DNA from: Octopus sinensis
Taxonomy: Eukaryota
Reading direction: 5' to 3'
DNA length: 64,000 nucleotides
Assembly (NCBI RefSeq): GCF_006345805.1
Contig: NC_043005.1
Span: forward strand, 83,080,001 to 83,144,000
The notes beneath the pieces are model-generated. The model saw only the letters and a list, made by a program, of their open reading frames with translations, was not told the DNA's origin and ran no database searches. Positions 1-11,922 of the stretch are shown here, in pieces (the first letter of the stretch is position 1; each line of letters starts with the position of its first letter). The position numbers and the translations under genes were made by a program.

Positions 1-839
1 TCTCTCCTCGTCGATAGAGCAATGGTGTATTGCATAAAATATTCTTTCTTACACCCCACTGGAGGAATTATGTTTATAATTGCATGAGAATAAAATGTTA
101 TTCAATTCCACATTTCTGCTTCAGCTTAAATCAGGGAATTAAGCAGGCTGACGGTATGTAATTAGATATATGTGGACTTGCTATTGAAAATTCAGTATTA
201 TTGTTGTGGACGTTGTAATTTCCTCCTATTTCATTACACTCTTTATCCCTTCTGCTCACAAAGCACAATCACAGTATGTGTCCGCCATACAAATACCCGC
301 TATCCTTTACTCATCTTATTTCCTCTATTTATGTCTTTCTCTTTCACCTCCTGATACTTCCCTCTTCTTTTCTCCCTTCTCTGTCCCTCTATATCATCCA
401 TGGCGTTGTAATGAACAAATATATACAACTGACCTACTATATATTTGTGTTGCCATTCAGAAGCCGTGAAGAAAGAAGTAGAAGAATCAAACGATATAAA
501 TGTTTTCATCAATTGTCTATTGATGCCTTTCTCATTGATATTTTTCTTGATGAATCGTATTTAAATATACACAATCTCATATGTTAGTCTTACAAATTTC
601 GATTTTGTGAATTCTGTGAAATATTTTCTACCAATTTCATTTTGTAGAAATGTTATAGTTATTACTAACATTTATGTTATTATTGTCGTTTTTGATGATG
701 ATATTTTTAATGTGACCGGTATGATTAACCACAAGAAATAAACAGGATGCAACAGAAAACCGAACAAAGTACGGTTAATCACGATATGTGGTGGAGATTG
801 GAAAAAATATTGATATTAAGCCTATGTGGGTGAGTCAGG

Positions 840-1012
840 AGGAAAGAGTAAAGAAAGAAAGAAAGAAACAACCAAACAAACGGAAGAGAAAAATGAATAA
901 GAAAGAAAGAAAGAAAGAAAGAAAAAAGAAAAGAAAGAAAAAAGAAAAGAAAGAAAAAAGAAAGAAAAGAAAGAAAGAAAAAGAAAGAAAGAAAGGAAAA
1001 GGAAAGAGACTT
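840..1012. repeat. (AAAG)n/A-rich purine simple repeat
   Basis: Seen directly: degenerate AAAG/GAAA tandem; explains the K/R/E-rich and F/L/S-rich ORFs over it. Confidence 0.9.
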
Positions 1013-1485
1013 TAAAGTAAAAACAGTTGAGACGACTAGATTGTACTTGAGCAAAATAAAGCTGCATTGAAACAAGTCTTTGATGTCAGGTCGTATCTCA
1101 TAGACTTGTGTTGGCTTCATTACTCAATGATAGAGATAGATCTTTTGATTAATTTTTCAATTTCGCTGCATTTTTTTTTCTCCAAAGTTAAGAGTGAATG
1201 AAGCAAGACGCGTGACTTACTTGACACAGCGATTATTTTGGAATTCATGTGGGAAGCCGAAATGTCGTCGTTGAAAAAGATGTATCGAACATCAGAAATT
1301 TGCTTAATAAGTAGATTGATTGATATTACGGGACTTGGAAAAGAGAGAAGTTGTGAGTGAGACAGGGAGAGGACGAGACATAGAGAGAGAAAGACAGAGA
1401 AAGAGACAGAGAGAGACAGTGAGAAAGAAAGAGAGTAAAACCTCAATGGTGGTTTAAAATTGTGAAGCGGTATCAGTTCGTTTAT

Positions 1486-1720
<235 letters not shown>

Positions 1721-1965
1721 TATATACACTCATACAAACATATTTATGCATGCATGAATGTATGTACTTATTCTTGTATGTAAGTATGAATGTATGGATA
1801 TATATAGTGTGTTACCGAAGATAAAAAATGTTTTCAAAACCTGAAATGTTCCACGTAACCGATTTTCAAATAATAATGAACTTCTGAAACAATACGACGG
1901 TTTATAAATATTACATGTATAAATACATAGGCGCGGACACACACACACACACACACATATATTAT

Positions 1966-2326
1966 CACGGCACTCCGTCGGTTACGACAACAAGGGTTCC
2001 AGTTGACCTAATCAACGGATTAGCCTGCTCATGAAATTAACGTGTAAGTGGTTGAGTACTCCACAGACACGTGTACCCTTAACGTAGTTTTCAGTGAGAT
2101 TCAGCATGACAAGGCTGGCCCTTTAAAATACAGTTACAGCAGAAACAGGAAGAAAGAGTGAAAGTTGTGGTGAAAGAGTACAGCAGGGCTCACCACCACC
2201 CCTGCTGGAACCCCGTGGAGCTTTAAGAATTTTCGCTCAATAAAGACTCACAACAAAAAATCGAAACCGCGATCCTATGACCACCAGTCCGCTACTCTAA
2301 ACCACTGGTCCATTACGCCTCCACTG
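1966..2326 (-). mobile_element. tRNA-derived SINE, family A (copy 1 of a tandem pair)
   Basis: The minus strand begins GTGGAGGCGTAATGGACCAGTGGTTTAGAGTAGCGGACTGG...GGTTTCGATT (A-box/B-box-like, tRNA-like head). The body is homologous to 20259-20640. Confidence 0.85.
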
Positions 2327-2369
2327 CACACACACACACACACACCACACACACACACACATATATTAT

Positions 2370-2726
2370 CACGGCACTCCGTCGGTTACGACAACAAGGG
2401 TTCCAGTTGACCTAATCAACGGATTAGCCTGCTCATGAAATTAACGTGTAAGTGGTTGAGTACTCCACAGACACGTGTACCCTTAACGTAGTTTTCAGTG
2501 AGATTCAGCATGACAAGGCTGGCCCTTTAAAATACAGTTACAGCAGAAACAGGAAGAAAGAGTGAAAGTTGTGGTGAAAGAGTACAGCAGGGCTCACCAC
2601 CACCCCTGCTGGAACCCCGTGGAGCTTTAAGAATTTTCGCTCAATAAACACTCACAACAAAAAATCGAAACCGCGATCCTATGACCACCAGTCCGCTACT
2701 CTAAACCACTGGTCCATTACGCCTCC

Positions 2727-2730
<4 letters not shown>
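2370..2730 (-). mobile_element. tRNA-derived SINE, family A (copy 2 of a tandem pair)
   Basis: Offset of 404 bp from copy 1; only one substitution noticed (aataaagactc vs aataaacactc). Confidence 0.85.
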
Positions 2731-2765
<35 letters not shown>

Positions 2766-2893
2766 ACACATATACGTAATATTTATAAACCGTCGTATAG
2801 TTCCAAAAGTTCAATATATATTTCTATATGCACACACACACATATATATGTATATACACACACGCGCGCACACACACACTCACACACACACAC

Positions 2894-2928
<35 letters not shown>

Positions 2929-2949
2929 GCACATGTATATGTGTGTACA

Positions 2950-3377
2950 AATTAGTACAGCCAAGATAACCCAGATGTATTGTTCATAACGCGGTAGACT
3001 GCGGTAAACGTTTTCTGCCAGCGAATATTGGTTACCATGCCCTAGTTCGTAGGGTTTAGCATGGATGTGCTAATTAATATCTGTGGCAATGGATGCTTAT
3101 GTCGCTAATAGCTAATTTTATATACAGCCCGCCAGTATTATTCTGTATCATTTTGACTGAGTTTCAGTGTGACATTGGACGCTTGGCTTCCTGTCGCAAT
3201 GCGGTGAAATCACATGGTAAGATACTGTCATACGCCGGTGCTGACTAGAATTAATCAACTGATAAAATTACGATCCTTTTTAGCTTTTGTGGTCTACACC
3301 AAATGATGTTTCGGAGAGTTTACCGCTGCCTATGATGTTATAAACAATACATTCAGGTTAGCTTGGTAGTGCTAATT
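2950..3377. repeat. Imperfect inverted repeat, 60-bp arms
   Basis: The reverse complement of 2950-3009 aligns ungapped to 3318-3377 at 46/60. Confidence 0.75.
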
Positions 3378-3489
3378 AATTTTGTTACAAAGGCTGCATA
3401 TATCGCTAATGACGAATATATAGAATGTGCGTGTGTTTTTGTGAGTGTGTGTGTGTGTGTGTGTTATCTTTTATCTTTTATCCTTTACT

Positions 3490-3655
3490 AGTTTCAATAA
3501 TTATATTATGGCCAAGCTGGGGCACGCCTTCCAGAACTTTTAGCCAAATAAATCGACGTCAGTACTTATGCTATTAGTCTTTTCTACCGAACTGCTACGT
3601 TATGGGGAAGGAAACACAAGAGCACTGCTTGACAAGCGATGCTGGGAACAGACAC
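3490..3655 (-). mobile_element. SINE family B, decayed 3' part
   Basis: Similar to the reverse complement of the 3' half of 47690-48042 (ccgaactgctacgttatgggg, gcttgacaagcgatgctgg). Confidence 0.6.
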
Positions 3656-3759
3656 ACACACATACACAGGTCAAACATACACACACATACATACATACAC
3701 ACACACACAAACACACACGCAAGCACACACACATGTATACACATACACACACGTATGTG

Positions 3760-3791
<32 letters not shown>

Positions 3792-3796
3792 AATAA

Positions 3797-4527
3797 CTAG
3801 CATTAAAGACCCGTCGTTGCTGGGTCATAGTGCTAGTGGATGTATATATGTGTATATATATATGTGTACATATTACATGTACATCTATATATATACATCT
3901 ACACATAAAATGCAAAATACAAAGTTATATATTGATATCGCTAGTGATAACTACTCAAAATATATAACAGATTGGAATTGTTTAGCTCTTCTTTTTTCTC
4001 TACATTGTATACTTTATAGACAATAGTCTTTTCTTTAATTTAATTTTTTATTATCCATCTGGACTATTCCATTTCTGCACGCTAATTTTATTTTTAATTT
4101 ATTCCCATTCATGTGAAACCACTTATTCAAGTTCATACCATTGATGCAATTTTATACCAATTGCTATTTTTACTTTTGTATGTTACGATTATATTATACT
4201 TTAGTTTGATTTTAATTATTACTTACTACATATAATTCAATTGCTATTATTATTTTTATTGTTAAAGTGAAAACCTCTGACATAAAATAGAGAAATATTT
4301 TTGTTTCACTTTTAACACGTAATACTGAAATAGTGGAGAAGATATGATATTGCTATGGGCTCGCTCTATGCAAGAAGTTGAACATTTATTTTTGCCGATG
4401 ACACTCCCCAGACCCCAAGTAAGACATGTGTAAAATTTGAATGAAATTGGTTGTGTAGTTCTCAAGTTTTAGGGAAATACACAGACAGACAGACAGATAC
4501 ACATTCTCAGTTTTATATATATAAAGA
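3797..4527 (-). mobile_element. Non-autonomous Helitron (short copy)
   Basis: The minus strand starts TC and ends CTAG, sits between A and T, and has a GACCC...GGGTC hairpin just upstream of CTAG. These are the established Helitron terminal hallmarks. A second copy lies at 29421-30423. Confidence 0.75.
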
Positions 4528-4561
4528 TATATAGATATATGCACATACATGTATAAATATA

Positions 4562-4748
4562 TAGTGAGAATTTACGAAAAAACAAAAGACAAAGGCAGGT
4601 GTGTAAACAACAAACATATGTATTAGTTTAACGCTCGGGAAGTGAGAAAGTCTTTTACTTTTCGAGCCTATGCTCTTCGACAGAAAGGAACACAGAAATA
4701 AACAAGGAGAGAATAGAAAGTGTTTGGTGGCTAGCGATCTATCATGGC
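4562..4748 (-). mobile_element. Penelope-like terminal-repeat fragment with degenerate hammerhead motif
   Basis: The minus strand has CTGTCGAAGAGCATAGGCTCGAAAAGTAAAAG (4652-4687), similar to the motif at 8017-8043. Confidence 0.5.
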
Positions 4749-5269
4749 GAATCCCGGGCAGAGGAGCCACACACACACATACATATATATATATATGTTA
4801 GAAGAAATGAATTACTCAGAAATCTGGATAGTTTTATATTTACTGATATTTATTAGTATGTTACGTTTTTATAACTCTTATATCATATATAGCGCTTTCG
4901 TCCACTCTAGTGGAGTTGTCAAATTGAACTTTTGCAGGAATTTTGTCTCTTTTTATAGTATTATTGAGTGTGTAGGGGTGGGGAGAGATATAAGATAATA
5001 CAAGAGGGTAAGAAATGGGGAGAAAGCGAGAGAGAGAGAGAGAGAGAGCGTGTGTGTGTGTATGTGTGTGTGTGTGTATGTGTGTGTGTGTGTGTATTTG
5101 TGTTTGTATCTGAATGAAGTGTTAAAGAAAAAGAAAGGAAAGGAAGAAGGAGAGAAAGAAGAAAAATTTTGTTAATATCTTTGCAGTTGGTCAGTCTTTC
5201 AATAGTAAATGATTCTTGGTTTTTAGAACTGGCAAACCCAGATGGTCACTCTAAGGTGGGAAAAATGTC

Positions 5270-5371
5270 ACTATAGTAGAAGACACTTTCCCAAGGTGCC
5301 ACACAGTGAGAATGAACCCGGGTCCATGTGGTTGGTAAGCAAGCTACTTACCACACAGCCACTCCTGCGCC
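5270..5371 (-). mobile_element. SINE family B, 5' head
   Basis: The reverse complement GGCGCAGGAGTGGCTGTGTGGTAAGTAGCTTGCTTACCAACCAC matches the head of 47690. Confidence 0.8.
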
Positions 5372-5412
5372 TATATAAACTATTATATATTTATACTTTT
5401 ATATATATATGA

Positions 5413-5691
5413 CTCTACGTCATAAGGTGTGAAGGATGCCACGAAGACTACATAGGGCAAACGAGCCTTACCCTCAGAGAAAGAATGACAGTTCACCGAC
5501 AACAACTGAGGGACCCCTCCACAAGACAGATACCACTGAGTGGACACTTAGACCTTTGTGCACACAATAAGTCCCCCAAATTCTTAGTCTTCCCACTATA
5601 CCAATGCTCGGACAACACCACAGACCAAACACGAATAAATAAGGAAAGTAATCTTATTCAAAAATACAGACCACAACTAAACATACTCTAA
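5413..5691 (+). pseudogene. Penelope-like element GIY-YIG endonuclease, 5'-truncated
   Basis: In-frame LYVIRCEGCHEDYIGQTSLTLRERMTVHRQQ...KESNLIQKYRPQLN*. It carries the (G/L)xY...YIG motif, CxxC, the conserved Arg and the C-terminal E...LN typical of PLE endonucleases. Confidence 0.85.
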
Positions 5692-5849
5692 CATAACCCC
5701 TGGAAACACATCCAGAGCAAGCACACAGGGACGCGCGCACGCTCACAGCATATCGTGCGGGCGGGCACATGCGCGCATCGGCACGCATAGGACACACTAG
5801 CGGGCATTGACCGCACACATATGTGGCATGCACACGCATGCATTATATA

Positions 5850-7242
5850 TATGTAGGTGATGTATGTGTGGTGAGTGTTTGTGTGTGTTGTGGTGCGTGT
5901 GTGTGTGTGTGTGTTGTGGCACGTTGTGTGTGTGTGTGTGCGCGGGTGTATTTATATATGTGTGTGTGTGTGTGCACTGTGTGCGTGTGTGTGTATATGT
6001 GTGTGTGCGCGCGCGTTGTGTGTGTGTGTGTGTGTGTGCACGTGTGTATATGTGTGTGTGTGTGCACGTGTGTATATATGTGTGTGTGTGTGCACTGTGT
6101 GCGGGTGTGTGTGTATGTGTGTGTGTGTGTGTGTGTGAGCATTGTGTACGTGTGTATGTATTTACATGTGTATTTGTTTTTATATATATATATGTGTGTG
6201 TGTGTTGTGTGTGTATATGCATGGTATGTGTGTATATGTTAGTACTTTGTTTGTGTGTGTGTGCGGTATGTAGAGATATATTTGAGTGTGTACGCTATAG
6301 GTTTGTAATTTGTGTGGGGGGGGTGAATTTTTTATATATATATATGTGTGTGTATATGTGTGAAAAAATATATGTATGTGCATGTATGTATGTGTGTATG
6401 TGTGTGTATATATATGTATATATATCTATATATATATATGTGTGTGTGTATGTGTGTGTGTGTATATTTATTTGCATGTTTATGTGTGTATAAACATGTA
6501 CATTATTTGCATGCGCATTGTGTATATGTATATTGTATGTATGTGTATTGGATATGTATGTGTACAATTAAGTGTATATATGTGTGTGTATGTGTGCATT
6601 GTATATATGTATATTGTAGGTGTGCTATATATGCATGAATACATGTATATGCATTGCGTGTATATATATGTATGCATTGTGTATGTATGTTATGTGTGTG
6701 TGTGTGTATTATATATTATATTGTGCGTACGTGTATGTGTATGCATTGTATGTATGTGTGTTTTGTGTATATGTGGTACATCTATGTATGTGTATGTAAA
6801 CACTATTTATATGTATATATGTATATGCATTGTCTATATATATATATTATTAATGTATGTATTGCGTATGTATATTGCATGCATATATTGTGTATGTGTA
6901 TTATTTACATGCTGTATGTGTGTATTGTATGTGTATATATATGCTAGGTGTATTTGTGTGATATTTATATTATGTATGTATGTGTGCGTGTGTTGTGTGT
7001 GTGTGTGTGTTTGTGTGTTGTTGTGTATATGTGTGTTATATATCTGTGTATATTATATATAGATACATGTTATATTTGTGTGCTGTGTGTATATGTGATA
7101 TATGTAGGTGCGTTGTGTGTGGTTGGTGTGTTCTGTGTGTGTGTGTGTTGTTTGTATGTGGTGTGTGTTTGTATACTATGTGTGTGTGTGTGTGTGTTGT
7201 GTGTTGTTTTGTGTGTGGGTGTGTGTGTTGTATATGTGTGTG
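5850..7242. repeat. About 1.4-kb compound (TG)n/(TA)n/(TATG)n low-complexity block
   Basis: Seen directly; source of the many C/V/Y and H/T ORFs. Confidence 0.95.
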
Positions 7243-7664
7243 ACAAACAGACGCTATCTGACCAGCAGGCACGGACACATCTATTCACACCCGCATACTA
7301 ACCTCCTGATAACCCCAAAATCATTCATGCATAAAGGGGAAGTATACACCACATTGGCTACTTCTTCTTTTCTCTCAGTTCAGCCTTTCTGCTAATACCG
7401 ACAGGTCAGTAAAAAATATTCTCGCCATGAACTTAAAATATTCTGAGATGTATAAAAAATCCTTTTAATTTTTGCTGTCAAAAGGCTGTATATATATACC
7501 AAAGACTGTATTATATACATGTAATGTGACAATTTGCGACAACCAATAATTAACGCAACCAATTCCCAATAATATATTTGTTTTATCCTTTTCTGCCAAA
7601 TTTTCCCAAATATTCTCATCACACTATTGAACTTCTCTGTACCAAACACTATATTTATACATGT

Positions 7665-7805
7665 ATGTGACAATTATGTATAAAAAAACATTTTTGAATT
7701 CAGAATATCCAATGTGACAATTATGTAAAAAACTCTTTTGAATGCATAATATTCAATGTGACAATTATGTAAAAAACTTTTTTTGAACCCATATTATTCA
7801 ATGTT
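7665..7805. repeat. About 45-bp tandem repeat, 3 copies
   Basis: ATGTGACAATTATGTA recurs at 7665, 7712 and 7756, each followed by A-run...TTTTGAA...ATATTC. Confidence 0.8.
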
Positions 7806-7899
7806 TCCTTAAATGTTACTTTTGACAATCTTTTACCAAAGAGTGAAACCGGTTAAGTAAATAAACATCGTTTAAATTGCATTTTCAAACCTTTTTTCT

Positions 7900-7932
<33 letters not shown>

Positions 7933-7949
7933 ATATATATATATATATA

Positions 7950-8135
7950 CCGCGTGTGTACAGCTGGCAATTTTTCCCCCGTCTTCCCTTTTTTGGATCC
8001 TTCTTTTCCTATGTTTCTGACGAAGAGCTCCGCTCGAAACGTTAACCCCTCCTTCTTTCCTATTTCCTTCCTGGGCGTCCATAACACTATACTTGTTCCA
8101 CGTCCTCGCGTTGTTGTGTTTTCATGTTTGGATAA
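7950..8135 (+). mobile_element. Penelope-like terminal repeat containing a minimal hammerhead-ribozyme motif
   Basis: CTGACGA-A-GAGC-TCC-GCTC-GAAAC-GTT at 8017-8043, downstream of and co-oriented with the GIY-YIG fragment. Confidence 0.65.
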
Positions 8136-8150
8136 CTTTATATATATATA

Positions 8151-8201
<51 letters not shown>

Positions 8202-8480
8202 TGAGTATTTATACACGAAAGAGGTGACCATGACAGGACACCTTACATCCTAGAAAGGGCAATCAAAACCCAAACCACGAATAAAAGCAATTTCAAAGAG
8301 AATGAAAATATACAATATTTTTTATGGTTAACCCTACATTCGAGTTTCTGTATTAATGAGCAAATAAATTAATTTGTCATTTGTACTTCATCAGTGAGGT
8401 CGCTAAAATTGATAATATAATTTTACAGCTAATACGTACCGAAAACACATGTTAGAAAGTTAACTTAAGGATACAACGAT

Positions 8481-8630
8481 ATTAATGATGAGGCTAAATG
8501 TAGTAAAATCGGCGATAGATTAGAATGATTAACCAAAAGGGGAACGTTTATTACTTTAAAAGACCATGAGCCTAATTTTCATCATAAACTTACATGTAGG
8601 TTGTTACACCCAACGAGATCTGAAATTGGA
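8481..8630 (+). pseudogene. Penelope-like reverse transcriptase fragment
   Basis: INDEAKCSKIGDRLE*LTKRGTFITLKDHEPNFHHKLTCRLLHPTRSEIG resembles the FITLKDHKxNF...CRLINPxKSEIG block I recognise from PLE RTs; one in-frame stop. Confidence 0.65.
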
Positions 8631-8692
8631 CTACTATATTTACATGTAACCAGTATCACATAAAAACATATATTGTATTAATTAAATCATAA

Positions 8693-8736
<44 letters not shown>

Positions 8737-8800
8737 TGTACATACATATATGTACATATGAATATGTTGCGCACGCTTGTGTGTGTGTAACTCATACATA

Positions 8801-9704
8801 TGGGGTGGTATCAAAAGGTTCCTGGATTAATTATTTTTATTAAAAATAATTTATTTAACTAAGTTTTAACTCATCTCCTTCAAAATAGTCACCTTGCGCA
8901 GCAATACACCGGTCACAGCGTTCCTACCACAGTTGGAATCCGCTTGGAAGTCATTTTCCGTAAGCGAGTCGAGGGCCTTCTGCGATTCGCTCAGGATGTC
9001 GACAACGGTATTGAGATAGACGATCTTTGAGCTCCATTTTCATCTTGAAGAAGAGATAGAGAAGAAATGGAAGGGATGGAGAAGAGATGGAAGTGCTAAA
9101 CCTAACGGATAAGGTGGGTGCAGAAGCGATACCATGTTGTTTTTGGCGAGAAACCCACAAGTGAGACGAGTTGGTGAAGAATCTAATTCTTACTGTTCTA
9201 CAGATCTTGTCGCTTTCGCCGAATGTCCTCCCTTAAACGCTTCAAAACGTGGCAGTAGAACTCTCGATTGACAGTATGGCCCTGGTGGACGAATTCTCGA
9301 TGTACAAATACCACATTTCCAAGGAAGACATCCCCCGCCGTAACAGTTCCCTCAGATCGCTCAACGTCTTTCAGAGACGTTCCACCACTCGAAACATAGG
9401 GGTACAATTCATTGCCTCTTCACTTGAAGCTTGCTGAAGCATGCTCAATGTTTCTGTAGCAGACTTCCCAAGTACAACAAAAAGCTTCACGTGGACACTT
9501 TGTTCCAGTCCATGTCAAAATCGCTGACAACAGCATACATGTGATCATAAAAACACAAATTTCAGAACTTGCGAAGTAAACACAGCGATGTCATTCGGCA
9601 CACTGCCTCATGAAGGTCACTGCTAGCTCCCACTGCGCACGCAAACGTATGCTGTCATCTGTTGGCGCGCTACAGAACTAGTCCGAGAACCTTTTGATAC
9701 CACG

Positions 9705-9707
<3 letters not shown>
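8801..9707 (-). mobile_element. Mariner transposon, internally deleted, dead transposase
   Basis: 29-bp TIRs (23/29 identical, GTGGTATCAAAAGGTTC core) with TA on the left. Minus-strand remnants LGKSATETLSMLQQA, VHREFVHQGHTVNREFYCHVLKRLREDIRRKR and FYLFFKMK. Confidence 0.9.
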
Positions 9708-9739
<32 letters not shown>

Positions 9740-9904
9740 GTGTGTGTGTAACATCTAGACAGTGATGGTGATTTTAAGGATAAATATCACAACCCCGTTG
9801 ATCATCTTTGGTTTTGAAAGATTCAAAGAATAAATTTCTAGTCATAATTTTTCTTCCTTTTGATTTTGCGTAGCGTCCAAGTGAAACAGACTTGTGCATG
9901 TGTT

Positions 9905-9935
9905 TGTATAGATAGACATACATACATACATACAC

Positions 9936-9988
<53 letters not shown>

Positions 9989-10004
9989 CATGCATACAAC
10001 ACAC

Positions 10005-10039
<35 letters not shown>

Positions 10040-10110
10040 TATATATATATATAATATACATACATACACACCACACACACACACATATATATATATATAA
10101 TATAATATAT

Positions 10111-10160
<50 letters not shown>

Positions 10161-10192
10161 TGTGTGTGTGGTGTGTGTTATGTATATATATA

Positions 10193-10240
<48 letters not shown>
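9905..10240. repeat. Compound (TA)n/(CA)n/(TG)n microsatellite
   Basis: Seen directly. Confidence 0.9.
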
Positions 10241-10243
<3 letters not shown>

Positions 10244-11058
10244 AGTTCACTTGAACGTCACACACCAGTACCAAGAAAAAAAACGAACTAAGACAAAAGA
10301 TATTGATTTTTCAGTTTCCTCCTCAAAATTTCAACAAAGAAGAATGATCAAACGGTAAATATACTTACATCATTTTTCTATTGATGTCTATCCTAGGTTC
10401 ATGAGCGTCTCTCTACTATAAAGCTCCTGGCGTCTTTTAAGCGACAGAAATTTTATTCGAACAGTAGAAAACTCTGAACGTATTGTCACTATCACTTTTA
10501 AGACAGTTATTTCTGATTGATATATAAAATGGCTGATACGTTCTTTTGTACGTTTCTGGTTAATTTATATAGGAAATGCGTTATGGTAAACTAAATATTT
10601 GCGTGGTTAAATTACTGTCTCTAGGCTAATAGCAGATGATGGCGTAAATATCCAGAGAAAATAGAAAATTTAGATGTCTTGTAAGATAACTTGCCGTGCA
10701 TGTACTGCAATTCAATGCATTGTAAATTTGAGGCCCATCCGTATCTTGTGTTTAATTCATATAGTTAAGAAAACATATCCCCCAACGACTTGTTCAGTGG
10801 TTGTGCGATCCTAGTGATTAAATATTTCGCACAAATAATGAACTGAATCACTTCTTTTGTCTATGTGCATGAAACTTTTATACAGATAGATAGATAGATA
10901 GATTCATGCACACATACACACAGTCACACGTACATACACACAGAAACACACATACATATACACACAGAGGTACATATATATTGATTGTCGTCATTTCTTT
11001 CTCTTTTGCCTGCGTTGTTTGCCTTTTAAGTGCTGTGGTTTTACTGAGATCTCTATTT

Positions 11059-11144
11059 TAAGTAGAAAGAAAAGCCATAACTATTTGACTGCTATTTCTA
11101 AATTCGGTGTGTGGTGAGGCAAATCGTTGCTAAACCCTTAATTA
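11059..11144 (-). repeat. Unclassified dispersed repeat of about 90 bp (also 20029-20133 minus, 52252-52352 plus)
   Basis: Shared consensus TAATTAGGGTT...TTTACCACACACCGAA(N)TTTAGAAATAGCAGCC...TAGCTATTTCTTCTACT in three places. Confidence 0.65.
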
Positions 11145-11922
11145 CTTAGTATATATATATATATATATATAAGTTAGGTAAACCCCAGCTGTTTTCTCTT
11201 GCAGTACATCTGATAATTCCAATATGACAAGCAATATGTATCCATAGTTGGTGTTGTATGAGTCAAAATACATATTAGAATGAGAATTATGGAGAAACTA
11301 TTTGCCGAGTTAATTCATAATAAAATAGGAAAATGGCATTATTTATTCTCCATTGCACGTGTTTCATTTGCTAATAGGATTCACAAAGATTTATATGTTA
11401 GATAAACTTGTAAAGAATTTCCTAGTAGAAACTCTTCAGATAAAAAATATATATTATAATTATTATAATTCTAATTATAATAATCATTATTCTCAGCGAG
11501 AATTGTTTTTCTTCCTTCTTGTATCAGCTGCTTTAGTACCTAATTAATCGTATCTGTAGCTACCATTTCAAATGTTGTTTTGTTAGTATGTTGTCAAACA
11601 TAATCGTAGTTCCATTTGCCAATATCCAGGCCATTCTATTTTTGCAGTGGTCGCCTTCATTAATGCTTCTCTCTATATCATTTTCATCTCCTGCTTAAGT
11701 TTCAATGTTCTAAAGAAAACTGCACCCTGTTTTTCTTTGGTCAATTTAATAGTTGTTTTCTCTCTATTTGTACCATCTTCCATTACTTTTTTATTTGTTT
11801 ATCGCTTAGCAATTAACCTGTATGTACCCACTGAATACGTCTCAAATATATATATATCGTTTGTTAAAAAAAAACACAAATCCTAAAGGAGTACACTCTA
11901 AGATATAGAGCAGTATATATTA

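Noticed and set aside
300-560. Minus-strand candidate exon ending AG|GTCAGT
   Set aside because: No credible acceptor in a phase compatible with the 1221-1333 candidate; peptide unrecognisable.
9790-10355. Faintly similar sequences in inverted orientation flanking the 9905-10240 microsatellite
   Set aside because: Only short words match (TTCACTTG.ACG, ATGATCAA.CGG) with poor alignment between them.
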